Positions 18,635 through 28,298 of a stretch of DNA of 60,803 bases are shown here, in pieces (the stretch's first letter is position 1; the number at the start of each line of letters is the position of its first letter). The DNA is from Flavobacteriales bacterium. Its GTDB lineage: Bacteria > Bacteroidota > Bacteroidia > Palsa-965. The stretch is from contig JBEIPA010000031.1 of the NCBI GenBank assembly GCA_040377305.1, positions 1 through 60,803 on the forward strand, given 5' to 3'. Made by a program: the position numbers and the translations under genes. The notes beneath the pieces are model-generated. The model saw nothing but the letters and a program-made list of their open reading frames with translations, had not been told where the DNA came from and did not search any database.

Positions 18635-20365
18635 TCACGGATTTTGATGCATGATTACTACAGTGAATGTGGTTCCCGAATTGCTGCTCTTGGTTACCGA
18701 AACAGAACCGTTGTGTTCTTTCATTACCGATTGCGCGTAACTCAAGCCGAGACCGAAACCTTTTACGTTGTGTACGTCGCCGGTGGAAACGCGGTGGAAT
18801 GGTTCGAAGATGAGATCCCAGTCGGATGACTCGATTCCGCTTCCGTTATCGGTGATTTTTATTTCTGTTCCGGAACGATAAGGCGCGATAGTCACGGCAA
18901 TTATCGGTGGAGAACCGCCGTACTTCAATGCATTATCAAGAAGATTTACAAACACCCGTTCGAGATGGAATGCATCCGCGTCAATGAGAATTACTTCCGG
19001 GCTTGTTTCCATCAGCATCTTTCCACCTTGCGCTTCGACCTGCATCTCCATGGATTTCATTGCACGCAAAACAACTTCGGTGAGATTGACACGCTCCATG
19101 TGCATGTGAACACCGGTTTTTTCCGTCAACGCAAGCTCAAGGACTTTCTCAACCTGCTGATTCAGTTTCTTATTCTCGAACTTAATCTGCTCAGCGTAAA
19201 ACTTTACTTTCTCTTTATCGCCGATGATTTTCTCATTCATGATTGTATCCGCAACCAATGACATCGTAGCTAACGGAGTCTTGAACTCGTGCGTCATGTT
19301 GTTGATGAAGTCGCGACGGATTTCTCCGATTTTCTTTTGCCGGAGTGCTTCGCGATAGATCATCAGAAAGAGCGCGAGCATTCCGAAGGTGATCAGAACA
19401 GAGAAAATAATCTGCGGGAGAATGCGCATGAACACCGAAGCATTGCCGGGATGCATGTTCACTACAATTTCCGGACTGAGCGGATCCGGATCACCTGGAA
19501 ACAACCTCGCGCGGAATTCCCATTTGCTGTTGGCAATTGTATTTGTATCCGGTCGTTTTCGCCCATCAGCAGGACCTTCAACAAATGTGCGACTGAATGT
19601 ATAGTCGATTCCGTTCTCAGCCAGCTTTGCGTTCAGCGTGCTGTCGAGCACTGCTGTGTCTAATCGCGTAGGCATTCCCGAGTTGAAAACGTACTGCAGC
19701 ATTACGTCTTCTACCGCGTTGCACATACGCTGCTGTCGTTCTATCACAAAAATGTCCGCATCATGCTGCTTCATGTCTTCTTCATGCTGCTTCATGTCTG
19801 CATCATGCTGCTTCATGTCTTCATCATGCTGCTTCATATCCGCATCCATCTTGGCAATGTCGGCATTCATTTGATCGAGCTCGGCCTGCTCCATTGGAGG
19901 AAGCGGTGGAACCGGACTCAAAACGGAAAGTCCTGCAGGAGGGCTCATGGGCGGCACAGCTCCAACCGAAGGAAAGTGAGGAACCGGTGGTAAGGGTGGT
20001 GGCGGAGCAATATATCTACGACGATAATTCGGATCTGAACCGTTCATTACTACAATCTGTGTAATGGTATCGTTCATCAGAGTAATCTGCGTAATGGAAT
20101 CGTTCGCAATTTCCAACCGCATTGAATCGTCCGGACCATACGGTTGCCGCACAAATACACTATCCAGTGAATTTCCGATGAATGCTCTCGCTTCACGTTC
20201 TTCCATTGCAATGCACGTTTCGCGCAACGCCTCTCCTACTCTGCGCTTTTCATCCTGCGTCTTCATCTCCGCTTCACGCATGAGCCAGTTAACCTGGAAC
20301 ACGATGAGAGCAGTGATTGCTACAACAACAGCGGGAATTATCCAGCGCATGCCTGATGATTTCAT
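18635..20365 (-). CDS. Sensor histidine kinase with a Pro-rich and heptad-repeat periplasmic region
   Basis: Two TM segments, THEFKTPL, NLLDNALKY, DNGSGI, GFGLGLS. Confidence 0.96.
   Translation of the reverse strand: MKSSGMRWIIPAVVVAITALIVFQVNWLMREAEMKTQDEKRRVGEALRETCIAMEEREARAFIGNSLDSVFVRQPYGPDDSMRLEIANDSITQITLMNDTITQIVVMNGSDPNYRRRYIAPPPPLPPVPHFPSVGAVPPMSPPAGLSVLSPVPPLPPMEQAELDQMNADIAKMDADMKQHDEDMKQHDADMKQHEEDMKQHDADIFVIERQQRMCNAVEDVMLQYVFNSGMPTRLDTAVLDSTLNAKLAENGIDYTFSRTFVEGPADGRKRPDTNTIANSKWEFRARLFPGDPDPLSPEIVVNMHPGNASVFMRILPQIIFSVLITFGMLALFLMIYREALRQKKIGEIRRDFINNMTHEFKTPLATMSLVADTIMNEKIIGDKEKVKFYAEQIKFENKKLNQQVEKVLELALTEKTGVHMHMERVNLTEVVLRAMKSMEMQVEAQGGKMLMETSPEVILIDADAFHLERVFVNLLDNALKYGGSPPIIAVTIAPYRSGTEIKITDNGSGIESSDWDLIFEPFHRVSTGDVHNVKGFGLGLSYAQSVMKEHNGSVSVTKSSNSGTTFTVVIMHQNP
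19754..19846 (-). repeat. 21-bp coding repeat, about 4 copies (DMKQHD/E-A/E)
   Basis: TCATGCTGCTTCATGTC repeated with a 21-nt period. Confidence 0.9.
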
Positions 20366-20493
20366 GCCACAAAGATATGCCGCAGCTACACAGAGACGCA
20401 GCGACGCGGAGCGTGTTAAGGATTCTTTAAGAGTTTAACGCAATTCGAATGGCAAGAACTGGACTTTGGACGCAACGAAAGCGTGTCGCGGAA

Positions 20494-20907
20494 TTATCGT
20501 TTGTAGAAGATGGCTGCAACTGCATCCACCGGCACGCGAAATGCAATATTAGCAATCAACAGAGACCCGAACTGATAGTGTCCATCTCCTTTATCCCATG
20601 CATCAGGAAAGGCATTCGCCACATAGCTATATCCAAAAGCATAGAGGAATGAACAGAGTACAGTTGTAGATAACAACATAATGAATGCGTTCTTGTAATC
20701 TAGTTCCCACTTCCGTTTTGCAACGAGTATCTGGACGATTGAGGCAATAACATAAAGGATGGCTGTCGCCACGGTACCTGCTCCCAGTTCGCTCATGCCA
20801 AGGCTCATTCTACCAGTAGCAATAAGCAACGCTAACGCAGCGGTTCCAATTCCGAAAATGAGTGCAAGTTGTCTGTGTCCCATACCCAAATATACCACAA
20901 ACCTCAT
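20494..20907 (-). CDS. Hypothetical membrane protein
   Basis: 137 aa, about 4 hydrophobic segments. Confidence 0.65.
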   Translation of the reverse strand: MRFVVYLGMGHRQLALIFGIGTAALALLIATGRMSLGMSELGAGTVATAILYVIASIVQILVAKRKWELDYKNAFIMLLSTTVLCSFLYAFGYSYVANAFPDAWDKGDGHYQFGSLLIANIAFRVPVDAVAAIFYKR

Positions 20908-21030
20908 TTCGCACCGTCTCTGCGTCCCTGCATCATGAAGGTTAAGAATTCATTTAGGATTGAACCATACCCGTTAACCTTTGCCAGTCCCTATTCACTT
21001 TAGGTTTGCATCAGAACAAAACGACAGATC

Positions 21031-21924
21031 ATGAAAAATACTTTTCTCGCGATAGGTGTCTGCATAGTAGGAACCGTATTCGCACAACAAAATCAGCCAG
21101 ATTCCCTTCACGTCGTGTTACGCGAAAATCAGAACGGAATAGTTCGCACTTTGGATACCATCGTTCCGCTATCACAACAGCAGTCACTCTTTTTATGGAT
21201 GGAGGCAAACGGATGGGATGCTCCTCCTCCACCGCCACCTGTTCCTGGTCAACCAATGATGTTTGAACACGAGATCGTGATAGATGGTGATTCTGGATTT
21301 TCCCCTGAGGGCAATCAGCGCGTAATGATCATTCACATGGACGGCGACTCAGGAATGATGCCACCAATGCCGCCAATGCCGCCCGGTCAATGCAGAAAAG
21401 TTGTGATGATGGACGGCGCGCAAATGTCTGCACCCGGTGAAGGTGATGTTGTTTTCATGCGTCATCCAATGCCACCGAATCCTCCCTGCGGTGTGCTCGT
21501 GGAAATCACAGAAAAGGACACGGTAATCAATGGAGAAACACACAAAATGATTATCCGTACAGAGCGAATGATTCTGCCTTTGGAACCACCTGCTCCACCC
21601 CTGCCACCGAACGCACCGGTTCCGCCAACACCTCCTGCAGATGGAAAAACAACTGCACCCGTAAATGGTAAGCGTGATTTAGTGGTGTATCCGAATCCAA
21701 CGAGCGAAATCATCAGCGTAGAATTTGATGTGGCCGCGAAAGAGAAAACTACTTTGCGCATTATAGATATGAACGGCAAGATAATTTACAACGAGGAAAT
21801 TATTGACGAGCACGGAAAACACATCTATCGCGAGATTAATCTTTCCGGTAAAGGAAAAGGAACGTACACGGTAGAAGTGAAGAGTGCGAAGAAAGTGATT
21901 GCAGAGACGATTATTCTGCAATGA
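21031..21924 (+). CDS. Pro/Met-rich T9SS type-A sorting-domain protein
   Basis: Signal peptide; C-terminal VYPNPT...G.Y.V....K. Confidence 0.9.
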   Translation: MKNTFLAIGVCIVGTVFAQQNQPDSLHVVLRENQNGIVRTLDTIVPLSQQQSLFLWMEANGWDAPPPPPPVPGQPMMFEHEIVIDGDSGFSPEGNQRVMIIHMDGDSGMMPPMPPMPPGQCRKVVMMDGAQMSAPGEGDVVFMRHPMPPNPPCGVLVEITEKDTVINGETHKMIIRTERMILPLEPPAPPLPPNAPVPPTPPADGKTTAPVNGKRDLVVYPNPTSEIISVEFDVAAKEKTTLRIIDMNGKIIYNEEIIDEHGKHIYREINLSGKGKGTYTVEVKSAKKVIAETIILQ

Positions 21925-21995
21925 TGATTCAATGATACAGTGATCCGATGATGCAATGAAGGTTAGGAACAACAATCAGCATCGTCATATAAAAG

Positions 21996-22028
21996 AAAAG
22001 CGCCGAAACATCCCTCGGCGCTTTTTTT
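21996..22028. terminator. Bidirectional terminator
   Basis: AAAAGCGCCGA-N8-TCGGCGCTTTTTTT between convergent genes. Confidence 0.85.
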
Positions 22029-22048
22029 ATGATATGAAGTTTTAGATT

Positions 22049-23755
22049 CTATCGAATCACCTGCTTCGTTGCAGTTCCATTTTCATTCAGAACCTGAATC
22101 ATGTAAGTTCCTGAAGTGAATTCTGTCATATCGATCTGGAGCAATTTTGCAGAAGTGTTTTTCTCCAGCAACAGCTTTCCATCAACAGAGAAGAGACGAA
22201 CAACTGAAGTTCCCTGATAATCATTCAGGTTGATGTTGATCATTCCTGAAGTTGGATTCGGATATACTTCGAAAGTTGAAAGTGCATTGGTTTCTTCTAC
22301 GCCTACTCCCGACTGAATGTACTTCGTGAGATAACCATCGTCTTGTCCGTTGGAGGTGAGCGACCAGGTTGAAGGTTGTGGATCAACGTCGGTAGTTCCG
22401 CTGAAATACCCACCGATGAAAACGTTGTTCGATGCATCAAGCGCAATAGCAAGTCCGTTGTCGTTTCCGGAAGCACCGAACTTGTGTGCAGAAACAAATG
22501 TACCCGTTGAGCTCAGTTTAGAAACGAAAACATCTTCTACTCCAGCTGAAGTGAGTGATTGCGTTCCTGCGCCCGGATCGAAATCGGCAGTCTGAGAAAA
22601 ACGGCCTACGATGTAAACGTTGCCTGTTAAATCAAGCGTGATCGACTGACCAACATCGACAGACGGTCCGCCGAGTTGTGCCGCCCAACTGTAGTTTCCT
22701 GCAGAAGTAAGACAAGAAACAAATGCATCGCTGATTCCGGTTCCTGCAGTGAAAATTACTGTACCTGAGCCCGGATCGAAATCGGCAGAACCATCGAAGT
22801 AACCTGTTGTGTAAACGTTACCGGTGAAATCGCAAGTGATATCTGCGCCACCATCTGTTCCGCCACCACCGAGATTTTTCGCCCACACGTAGCTTCCGGA
22901 TGAACTATATTTTGCAACGAATGCGTTGTTTCCGGATGCAGTAAGATTCGCTGTTGCACCACTTGGATCGAAATCGCATGTGTTGGCGAAGTAACCAGTC
23001 ATAACGATATCACCGTTTACATCTTCAGCAATTGCTGCACATCCGTCAAGACCATTGCTGCCGAAATCAATTCCCCATTGAAAATCGCCGGCAGAATCAA
23101 GTTCAACGAGATACAAATCGACGTTACCCGTTGTGATTACCGTTGTAGTACCAGCACCCGGATCAAGATCACACGTACCTGCATAGTTGCCTCCAATATG
23201 TACAACACCAAGTGGCGTAACGCTGAGACCTTCGGCAGAAGTTCCCTGGTTGCTACCAATTGTTTTTGCCCAAACGTAATTACCCGAACTGCTCAGCTTA
23301 AGAATAAATGTAGATGCGGCTGTCTGAGAAGAAAGATTGTTTGTTCCTGAGCCAGGATTAAAATCGACAGTTCCTTCGAATGCGCCTGCTACGTAAACGT
23401 AACCGTTTGCGTCAATTGCAATTTCGTTACCGACATCAATTCCGGTTCCACCAACTTTTACTGCCCACAGAAGCGATCCGTTTGGGTCGACTTTTGTAAC
23501 GAAAACGTCCTGCACCCCAGATGACACGAGGTTTGTTGTGCCTGAACCCGGATCAAAATCTACCGTGTTGCGAAACACTCCTGTCGCGTATGTATTGCCG
23601 AGATTGTCGGTACAAATATTATTCACGAGGTCGTACCCTGTTCCACCGAACTGATCTGCCCAGGCAAGAAAAAGTGTTTGAGAATTGAGAAGCAAAGACG
23701 GCGACATCAAAGCGCACACCAATGCCATTCTGCGTAAAGTAGCTGCTGTTTTCAT
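22049..23755 (-). CDS. SBBP beta-propeller repeat protein with T9SS sorting domain (start probably 23755; ORF extends to 23797)
   Basis: Repeated D..GNVY.TG.F..T.DFDPG; C-terminal VYPNPT..GTYMIQV. Confidence 0.92.
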   Translation of the reverse strand: MKTAATLRRMALVCALMSPSLLLNSQTLFLAWADQFGGTGYDLVNNICTDNLGNTYATGVFRNTVDFDPGSGTTNLVSSGVQDVFVTKVDPNGSLLWAVKVGGTGIDVGNEIAIDANGYVYVAGAFEGTVDFNPGSGTNNLSSQTAASTFILKLSSSGNYVWAKTIGSNQGTSAEGLSVTPLGVVHIGGNYAGTCDLDPGAGTTTVITTGNVDLYLVELDSAGDFQWGIDFGSNGLDGCAAIAEDVNGDIVMTGYFANTCDFDPSGATANLTASGNNAFVAKYSSSGSYVWAKNLGGGGTDGGADITCDFTGNVYTTGYFDGSADFDPGSGTVIFTAGTGISDAFVSCLTSAGNYSWAAQLGGPSVDVGQSITLDLTGNVYIVGRFSQTADFDPGAGTQSLTSAGVEDVFVSKLSSTGTFVSAHKFGASGNDNGLAIALDASNNVFIGGYFSGTTDVDPQPSTWSLTSNGQDDGYLTKYIQSGVGVEETNALSTFEVYPNPTSGMININLNDYQGTSVVRLFSVDGKLLLEKNTSAKLLQIDMTEFTSGTYMIQVLNENGTATKQVIR

Positions 23756-23876
23756 AGGCAATAAGTTTGGATAAGGATGATATAACAATGTACGCAACTT
23801 GGACCGATTCTGTTACGCACAGCTTGTCCTTTGTCGGCGTTTTCGACCAACACCAAACGTGATACGATCAAGGCAT

Positions 23877-24989
23877 TTAATCTTCGAACCGGAAGTCCTG
23901 AATTTTCAGAACCCACGCGCTGGATTTGTAATCCGGATCATTTGCATTCCTGCAATTCCGCATTCTACGTTCAACGCTACGATGCAGAACGATCGGACCA
24001 TTCGCAGGATCCCATTTGCGCCTTTCCCGTTTATACAGCTTGCCCATGAATCCTTGCTGCTCATTGTGCATAAGTCCATTGATAAGATCGTTCTGATCTT
24101 TCTCATCGCGCGCTTTCATTGCGAGATACTTCTTCCATTCACGGGAGTCTTCGTAGAATCGAATTCCTTTTGCCCTGGATTCTCTGATCATCCAATCGAG
24201 TGAATAATAGGAAAGCTCCGGCTCGCTGTAACCACCACCTACATCGGTGTGCACGCCGCAAAACCAAACCTGTTTAAGCCGATCGCCGGCCGGGTCGTCC
24301 TTGAGACTGTCCCACACAACCGGATGAAATGTTTTGCGTTCATCGTCAATCGCAATAGCATGTCTTGCATGATCGACACCCGGCCCCAATGAAAAATTGT
24401 GAAACCGATGGGGAAACAGTTTGTCGGTGATCATACTCAGCCAATGTCCGCTTCCACCCAACGCGGCAACGGTGTCCCAAACACCAACGAATTTCACGCG
24501 CGTCCACATGGTGTGATGTAAATCGACAAACTCCTTGGCTTTCAGCTCGCGTCGGTTCAACCTTTTCGAAACGTTGTCGAACGACAGATGCGTGTCTTCT
24601 TCATCGTTCGTTCTCATTTTGTAAATGCGAAAAGCCTCGTTGATCAGATCCTTTCTCGACAAAGGCAAGACACCGAACATTTCAATGAACGTCGCAAGAC
24701 TTCTGACGGTTGCAGCACCGCGACTGAATCCGAACAGATAGATGCGATCGCCCGCTTCGAAATTATCGAATAGAAACTCGTAGCAGTTGAGCACGTTTCT
24801 CTTAAATCCGATTCCGAAAATCTGTGCGACTTTCCCAAAAGTTTCCGTTCCGATTCCAGGGTCATAATAAACAACTTGATTCGCCGTGCGATCTTCCAGC
24901 ATGTTGAAGAGCTTGTACACATTCGTGCTCGCTCCTTTTCCTCCAATCTGACCGGTTCCGTCACAGAGGATGACAATATTTTTAGGCAT
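23877..24989 (-). CDS. DUF2235 alpha/beta-hydrolase (Tle1-like phospholipase fold)
   Basis: CDGT, YDPGIGT, GFSRGA, GVWDTV, AIDDER, WFCGVHTDVGGG. Confidence 0.93.
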   Translation of the reverse strand: MPKNIVILCDGTGQIGGKGASTNVYKLFNMLEDRTANQVVYYDPGIGTETFGKVAQIFGIGFKRNVLNCYEFLFDNFEAGDRIYLFGFSRGAATVRSLATFIEMFGVLPLSRKDLINEAFRIYKMRTNDEEDTHLSFDNVSKRLNRRELKAKEFVDLHHTMWTRVKFVGVWDTVAALGGSGHWLSMITDKLFPHRFHNFSLGPGVDHARHAIAIDDERKTFHPVVWDSLKDDPAGDRLKQVWFCGVHTDVGGGYSEPELSYYSLDWMIRESRAKGIRFYEDSREWKKYLAMKARDEKDQNDLINGLMHNEQQGFMGKLYKRERRKWDPANGPIVLHRSVERRMRNCRNANDPDYKSSAWVLKIQDFRFED

Positions 24990-25037
24990 GGGTTTGTTGG
25001 TTAGCGTTGGCTTAAATGTAAGATGTTAGCGTGATTG

Positions 25038-25206
25038 TTAACCACATAGGGTCATAGAAAAATTCGTTGTTTTCTAAGCGAGTCTCCGCCGCAGCGGAGA
25101 CCATCATAGTTCACAGGAGAATATCGCATCGCGATGTTACTCTTGTGAGCTATGTAGATTCTTGTGCCCAACAAGAAAACAACGAACTATGATCCTATGT
25201 GGTTAA
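25038..25206. repeat. MITE-like nested inverted repeat
   Basis: TTAACCACATAGGGTCATAG...CTATGATCCTATGTGGTTAA termini; inner TTCGTTGTTTTCT/AGAAAACAACGAA; hairpin at 25082-25101. Confidence 0.85.
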
Positions 25207-25215
25207 TTTAGTGGA

Positions 25216-25725
25216 ATGATCACAGAAATAATCAACCAACTCAATTTCAACCGGAAGTACCTCGAACAATTGATTTCAGATGTTCCGGAAGATCAAATGC
25301 ACATCAATCCGTCCCGGGGACTAGAGAATCATCCTGCATTTGCGCTGGGGCATTTAATAACAGCGTATGCTAATTTGTACAGCAACCTCACAGGTGAATA
25401 CATTCTCGCGACCGGATTCAAAGAAATTTTCCTTCGAAATGGTCCCGGCGATCCGACTTTGCCGAATGAAGACACGTCGGTTTATCCAACCAAAGCTGCC
25501 ATGCTTGCCGAACTCGAAGTGCAACACAATCGAATGGTGAATTATCTGCAACATATTTCTACGGAGAAACTGGCCGAAAAATTCGAGTGGAGATTGGGTG
25601 CTCACTTTCCGACTTACGGAGACCGCATAATGTTTCTCTGCACGAATCATTATGCAATGCACAATGGACAGCTGGCTTCGTGGAGAAGAGCGATGGGAAT
25701 GGATAGTGCGTTGGCCAAAATGTAA
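25216..25725 (+). CDS. DinB-family protein
   Basis: NHPAFALGHL; H-xxx-H metal motif HYAMHNGQL. Confidence 0.88.
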   Translation: MITEIINQLNFNRKYLEQLISDVPEDQMHINPSRGLENHPAFALGHLITAYANLYSNLTGEYILATGFKEIFLRNGPGDPTLPNEDTSVYPTKAAMLAELEVQHNRMVNYLQHISTEKLAEKFEWRLGAHFPTYGDRIMFLCTNHYAMHNGQLASWRRAMGMDSALAKM

Positions 25726-25822
25726 TATGCTAATGTGTTAATAGGAAAATGTGCTAATTGAGGAGAGTTGCAATAATTCGACATATGGTTAGCAAATTGG
25801 CAAACTAGCACATTAGCATATT
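25724..25822. repeat. Inverted octamer array (ATGTGCTA / TAGCACAT)
   Basis: 4 degenerate 8-mers, about 30-nt spacer, 4 reverse-complement 8-mers. Confidence 0.8.
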
Positions 25823-25843
25823 GTTTCGGCGTACCTTTGCGCC

Positions 25844-26425
25844 ATGTTTTCATATTACATCATCTACAAACCGTACGGCATTCTTTCTCAGTTTACCGAC
25901 GAAGGCAATAAGAAGGGACTTGCTTCCATAATTTCTGTTCCAAAAGATTGCTATCCGGTTGGGCGACTGGATTCCGACAGCGAAGGATTGTTGCTCATTA
26001 CGAACGACAAAAGCGTGAATCACCGTTTGCTTAATCCGAATTCCGAACACAAGCGCACCTATTTAGTGCAGGTCGACGGAGACATTACACTTGAGGCGTG
26101 CAAACAAATCGCACAAGGCGTAACCATCAAAATCGATGGCAAGGATTACAAAACACTTCCGGGTATCTGCACCAAAATTGAAGAGCCGGAATTGCCAGCA
26201 CGAGTTCCGCCTGTTCGCTTCAGAAAGTCTATTCCTACTTCGTGGATTAAACTGCAACTGATCGAAGGTAAAAACCGTCAGGTTCGTCACATGACCGCTG
26301 CAGTCGGCTTTCCTACATTACGATTGGTGCGTTCAAAAATCGGGATGCTGGAACTGGGACCTATGTTGCCTGGCGATGTAATTGAGATGCGCCGCGATGA
26401 GTTTATTCGGAAGATCGGGCTTTAA
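25844..26425 (+). CDS. RsuA-family pseudouridine synthase (RluE-like, no S4 domain)
   Basis: YKPYG, GRLDSDSEGLL, EGKNRQVR. Confidence 0.92.
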   Translation: MFSYYIIYKPYGILSQFTDEGNKKGLASIISVPKDCYPVGRLDSDSEGLLLITNDKSVNHRLLNPNSEHKRTYLVQVDGDITLEACKQIAQGVTIKIDGKDYKTLPGICTKIEEPELPARVPPVRFRKSIPTSWIKLQLIEGKNRQVRHMTAAVGFPTLRLVRSKIGMLELGPMLPGDVIEMRRDEFIRKIGL

Positions 26426-26445
26426 AATGCAGAGGTAGTTGTGTT

Positions 26446-26584
26446 CCGGTGGCTAAAGCCGACCGGTTATCAGCTAGTCCTACATACTATTTATGGCAAA
26501 AAAGGAAGGGCGCAAATTGCGCCCTTCCTTTTTTGCACTCCTTATAAAAAAACTAGCTGATAACCGTGCGGCTTTAGCCCACGG
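26446..26584. repeat. REP-like inverted pair enclosing a bidirectional terminator
   Basis: GGCTAAAGCCG..CGGTTATCAGCTAGT / ACTAGCTGATAACCG..CGGCTTTAGCC. Confidence 0.85.
26496..26536. terminator. Bidirectional terminator
   Basis: GCAAAAAAGGAAGGGCGCA..TGCGCCCTTCCTTTTTTGC. Confidence 0.9.
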
Positions 26585-26625
26585 TTTAGTGTGACACTAA
26601 CACTAATCCGTAGACGAGCGATATT

Positions 26626-27279
26626 CTAATTCAAGTAATGATAATCATCACGATCGGTTTTCTTTTCCTTCGGAGGCATTGTGCGGAATACAAAATCCCA
26701 GATTGGCGATGATACACCGAATGCACGATCCGGATATTTGAAATGATGCAGTGCGTGATGTTTCCACCAGCTTCTGAATAGGCGATGCGGCGGTTTCAGG
26801 TGAACGTTATAGTGAATCAACGCGTACGCCAGATAACCAACGACCATTCCGGCAGTGAAGAACCAGGCGTTTGCGCCCATGATCAGAAAATTTATTCCTA
26901 ACAATATTGCCGTGATCAAGAGTCCCGGAAGTGGCGGCATGAATACACGTTCTTCATCGCGGGGATGATGATGGTGAACACCGTGCATGATATATTGTAA
27001 TCGTTCTGCACCTTCAAAGTGATCGCTGATATGAAAGAGGAAGCGGTGCATTAGATATTCGAACAACGTCCAGAAAAGGAATCCGCTACCGGCCATCATT
27101 GCCATCTGCGATATCGAATAAAATGAATTGTTAACTCCAAGATATAGCAAAGCAAGAATAACCAATGGATAATGCACCAGTGTTATTACCAGAGAGGTGC
27201 GGGTAAACAATTCCAGAAACGGGTTGCGGAAAATTTTTGCCGGCCGTACTTTATTCGGAGCTTTTAAAACTGTTCTCAT
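26626..27279 (-). CDS. Fatty-acid hydroxylase/sterol desaturase family protein
   Basis: His boxes EYLMHRFLFH, HGVHHHHP, HYNVH, HHALHH; FGVSSPIWD. Confidence 0.92.
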   Translation of the reverse strand: MRTVLKAPNKVRPAKIFRNPFLELFTRTSLVITLVHYPLVILALLYLGVNNSFYSISQMAMMAGSGFLFWTLFEYLMHRFLFHISDHFEGAERLQYIMHGVHHHHPRDEERVFMPPLPGLLITAILLGINFLIMGANAWFFTAGMVVGYLAYALIHYNVHLKPPHRLFRSWWKHHALHHFKYPDRAFGVSSPIWDFVFRTMPPKEKKTDRDDYHYLN

Positions 27280-27412
27280 AAACGCACAGAGCCAAAAACC
27301 ACTCCAAGCGGAAACGCACTGTCCTCTGCTTACAGTTTTGGGGATTCACAGAGGTCACAGCTTGTTGCCTTGAGGAATCTGTTCCACAGTTTATGGGTGG
27401 ACTTCCGCAGCA

Positions 27413-28129
27413 CTAGTTCTTGCTACCCATAATTCCGGTTGCACATCCAAAGAAATAGTTCAACGATTTTACGTTCAATCCTGCACTTCGAAAGATCGTT
27501 TCTGCTTCCACTGAGTTCTTAAATTTCTCGGTGTATCGCCACAACATTTTGTACTCAGCCGGACTGCCGAGAAATATCCAGCCACACACCGGAATCACAT
27601 ACTTGAGATACAGTTTGTACATCGCATACAAAACAATATTGCGTGGTGCAGAGACCTCGATCAGTGAAAAATGACCGCCTGGTTTCAGAATACGTTTGAT
27701 CTCCTGTGCGAGTACTTTCAGCTGTGCAGCATCAAATGTTTTCATGCCGAATGCCGATAGTACCACATCGTAGTGATCCGAAGGAAGATCACTTTTGAGA
27801 ATATCCTTCTGGAGAATGTGAATGCTGTTCGCGAACTCCGTACTGTTCTTGTGGTGCGCTGATTTCAACATGCCTTCTGAAAAGTCAAGTGCTGAAAAGT
27901 CGCAGGAAGGATAGTGTCGTCTCACCTGGTGCCAGGTCTCTCCCATTCCAGTCATCAAATCAATCACTTTAATGGGCTCATTCGAAGAAGGCAAAGCTTC
28001 AACGAATTGCCGTCTCCAACGTAATGAAAATCCGAACGAAGTGATGTAATTCATCCGTTCGTATGTACCACTCATGCGGTTAAAGAGTTCTCTTACGTTC
28101 TCTGGCTGGAAGTCGGGGTCAGTCACCAT
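27413..28129 (-). CDS. UbiE-like class I SAM methyltransferase
   Basis: DLMTGMG, LDFSEGML, RILKPGG. Confidence 0.88.
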   Translation of the reverse strand: MVTDPDFQPENVRELFNRMSGTYERMNYITSFGFSLRWRRQFVEALPSSNEPIKVIDLMTGMGETWHQVRRHYPSCDFSALDFSEGMLKSAHHKNSTEFANSIHILQKDILKSDLPSDHYDVVLSAFGMKTFDAAQLKVLAQEIKRILKPGGHFSLIEVSAPRNIVLYAMYKLYLKYVIPVCGWIFLGSPAEYKMLWRYTEKFKNSVEAETIFRSAGLNVKSLNYFFGCATGIMGSKN

Positions 28130-28175
28130 GCGAAGATAATTACCGGCACTTTGCGTTCAATACGACCTTTGCCGT

Positions 28176-28281
28176 ATGATAGGATGATTAGATGATAGGA
28201 TGAGTTCAGTGTACAAATGGAAAGTCTGATGTTTCCACCAGACTTTCATCTAATCATTCTATAATTCTATCATCTCATCAT
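28176..28281. repeat. Inverted octamer array (ATGATAGG / CTATCAT) with a central hairpin
   Basis: 4+4 8-mers around GAAAGTCTG..CAGACTTTC, which may also be the iscS terminator. Confidence 0.75.
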
Positions 28282-28298
28282 AGATGACCGGTGTTGTT

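Noticed and set aside
23877-24989. T6SS effector/immunity locus
   Set aside because: DUF2235 stands alone, with no vgrG/PAAR/hcp or adjacent immunity gene.
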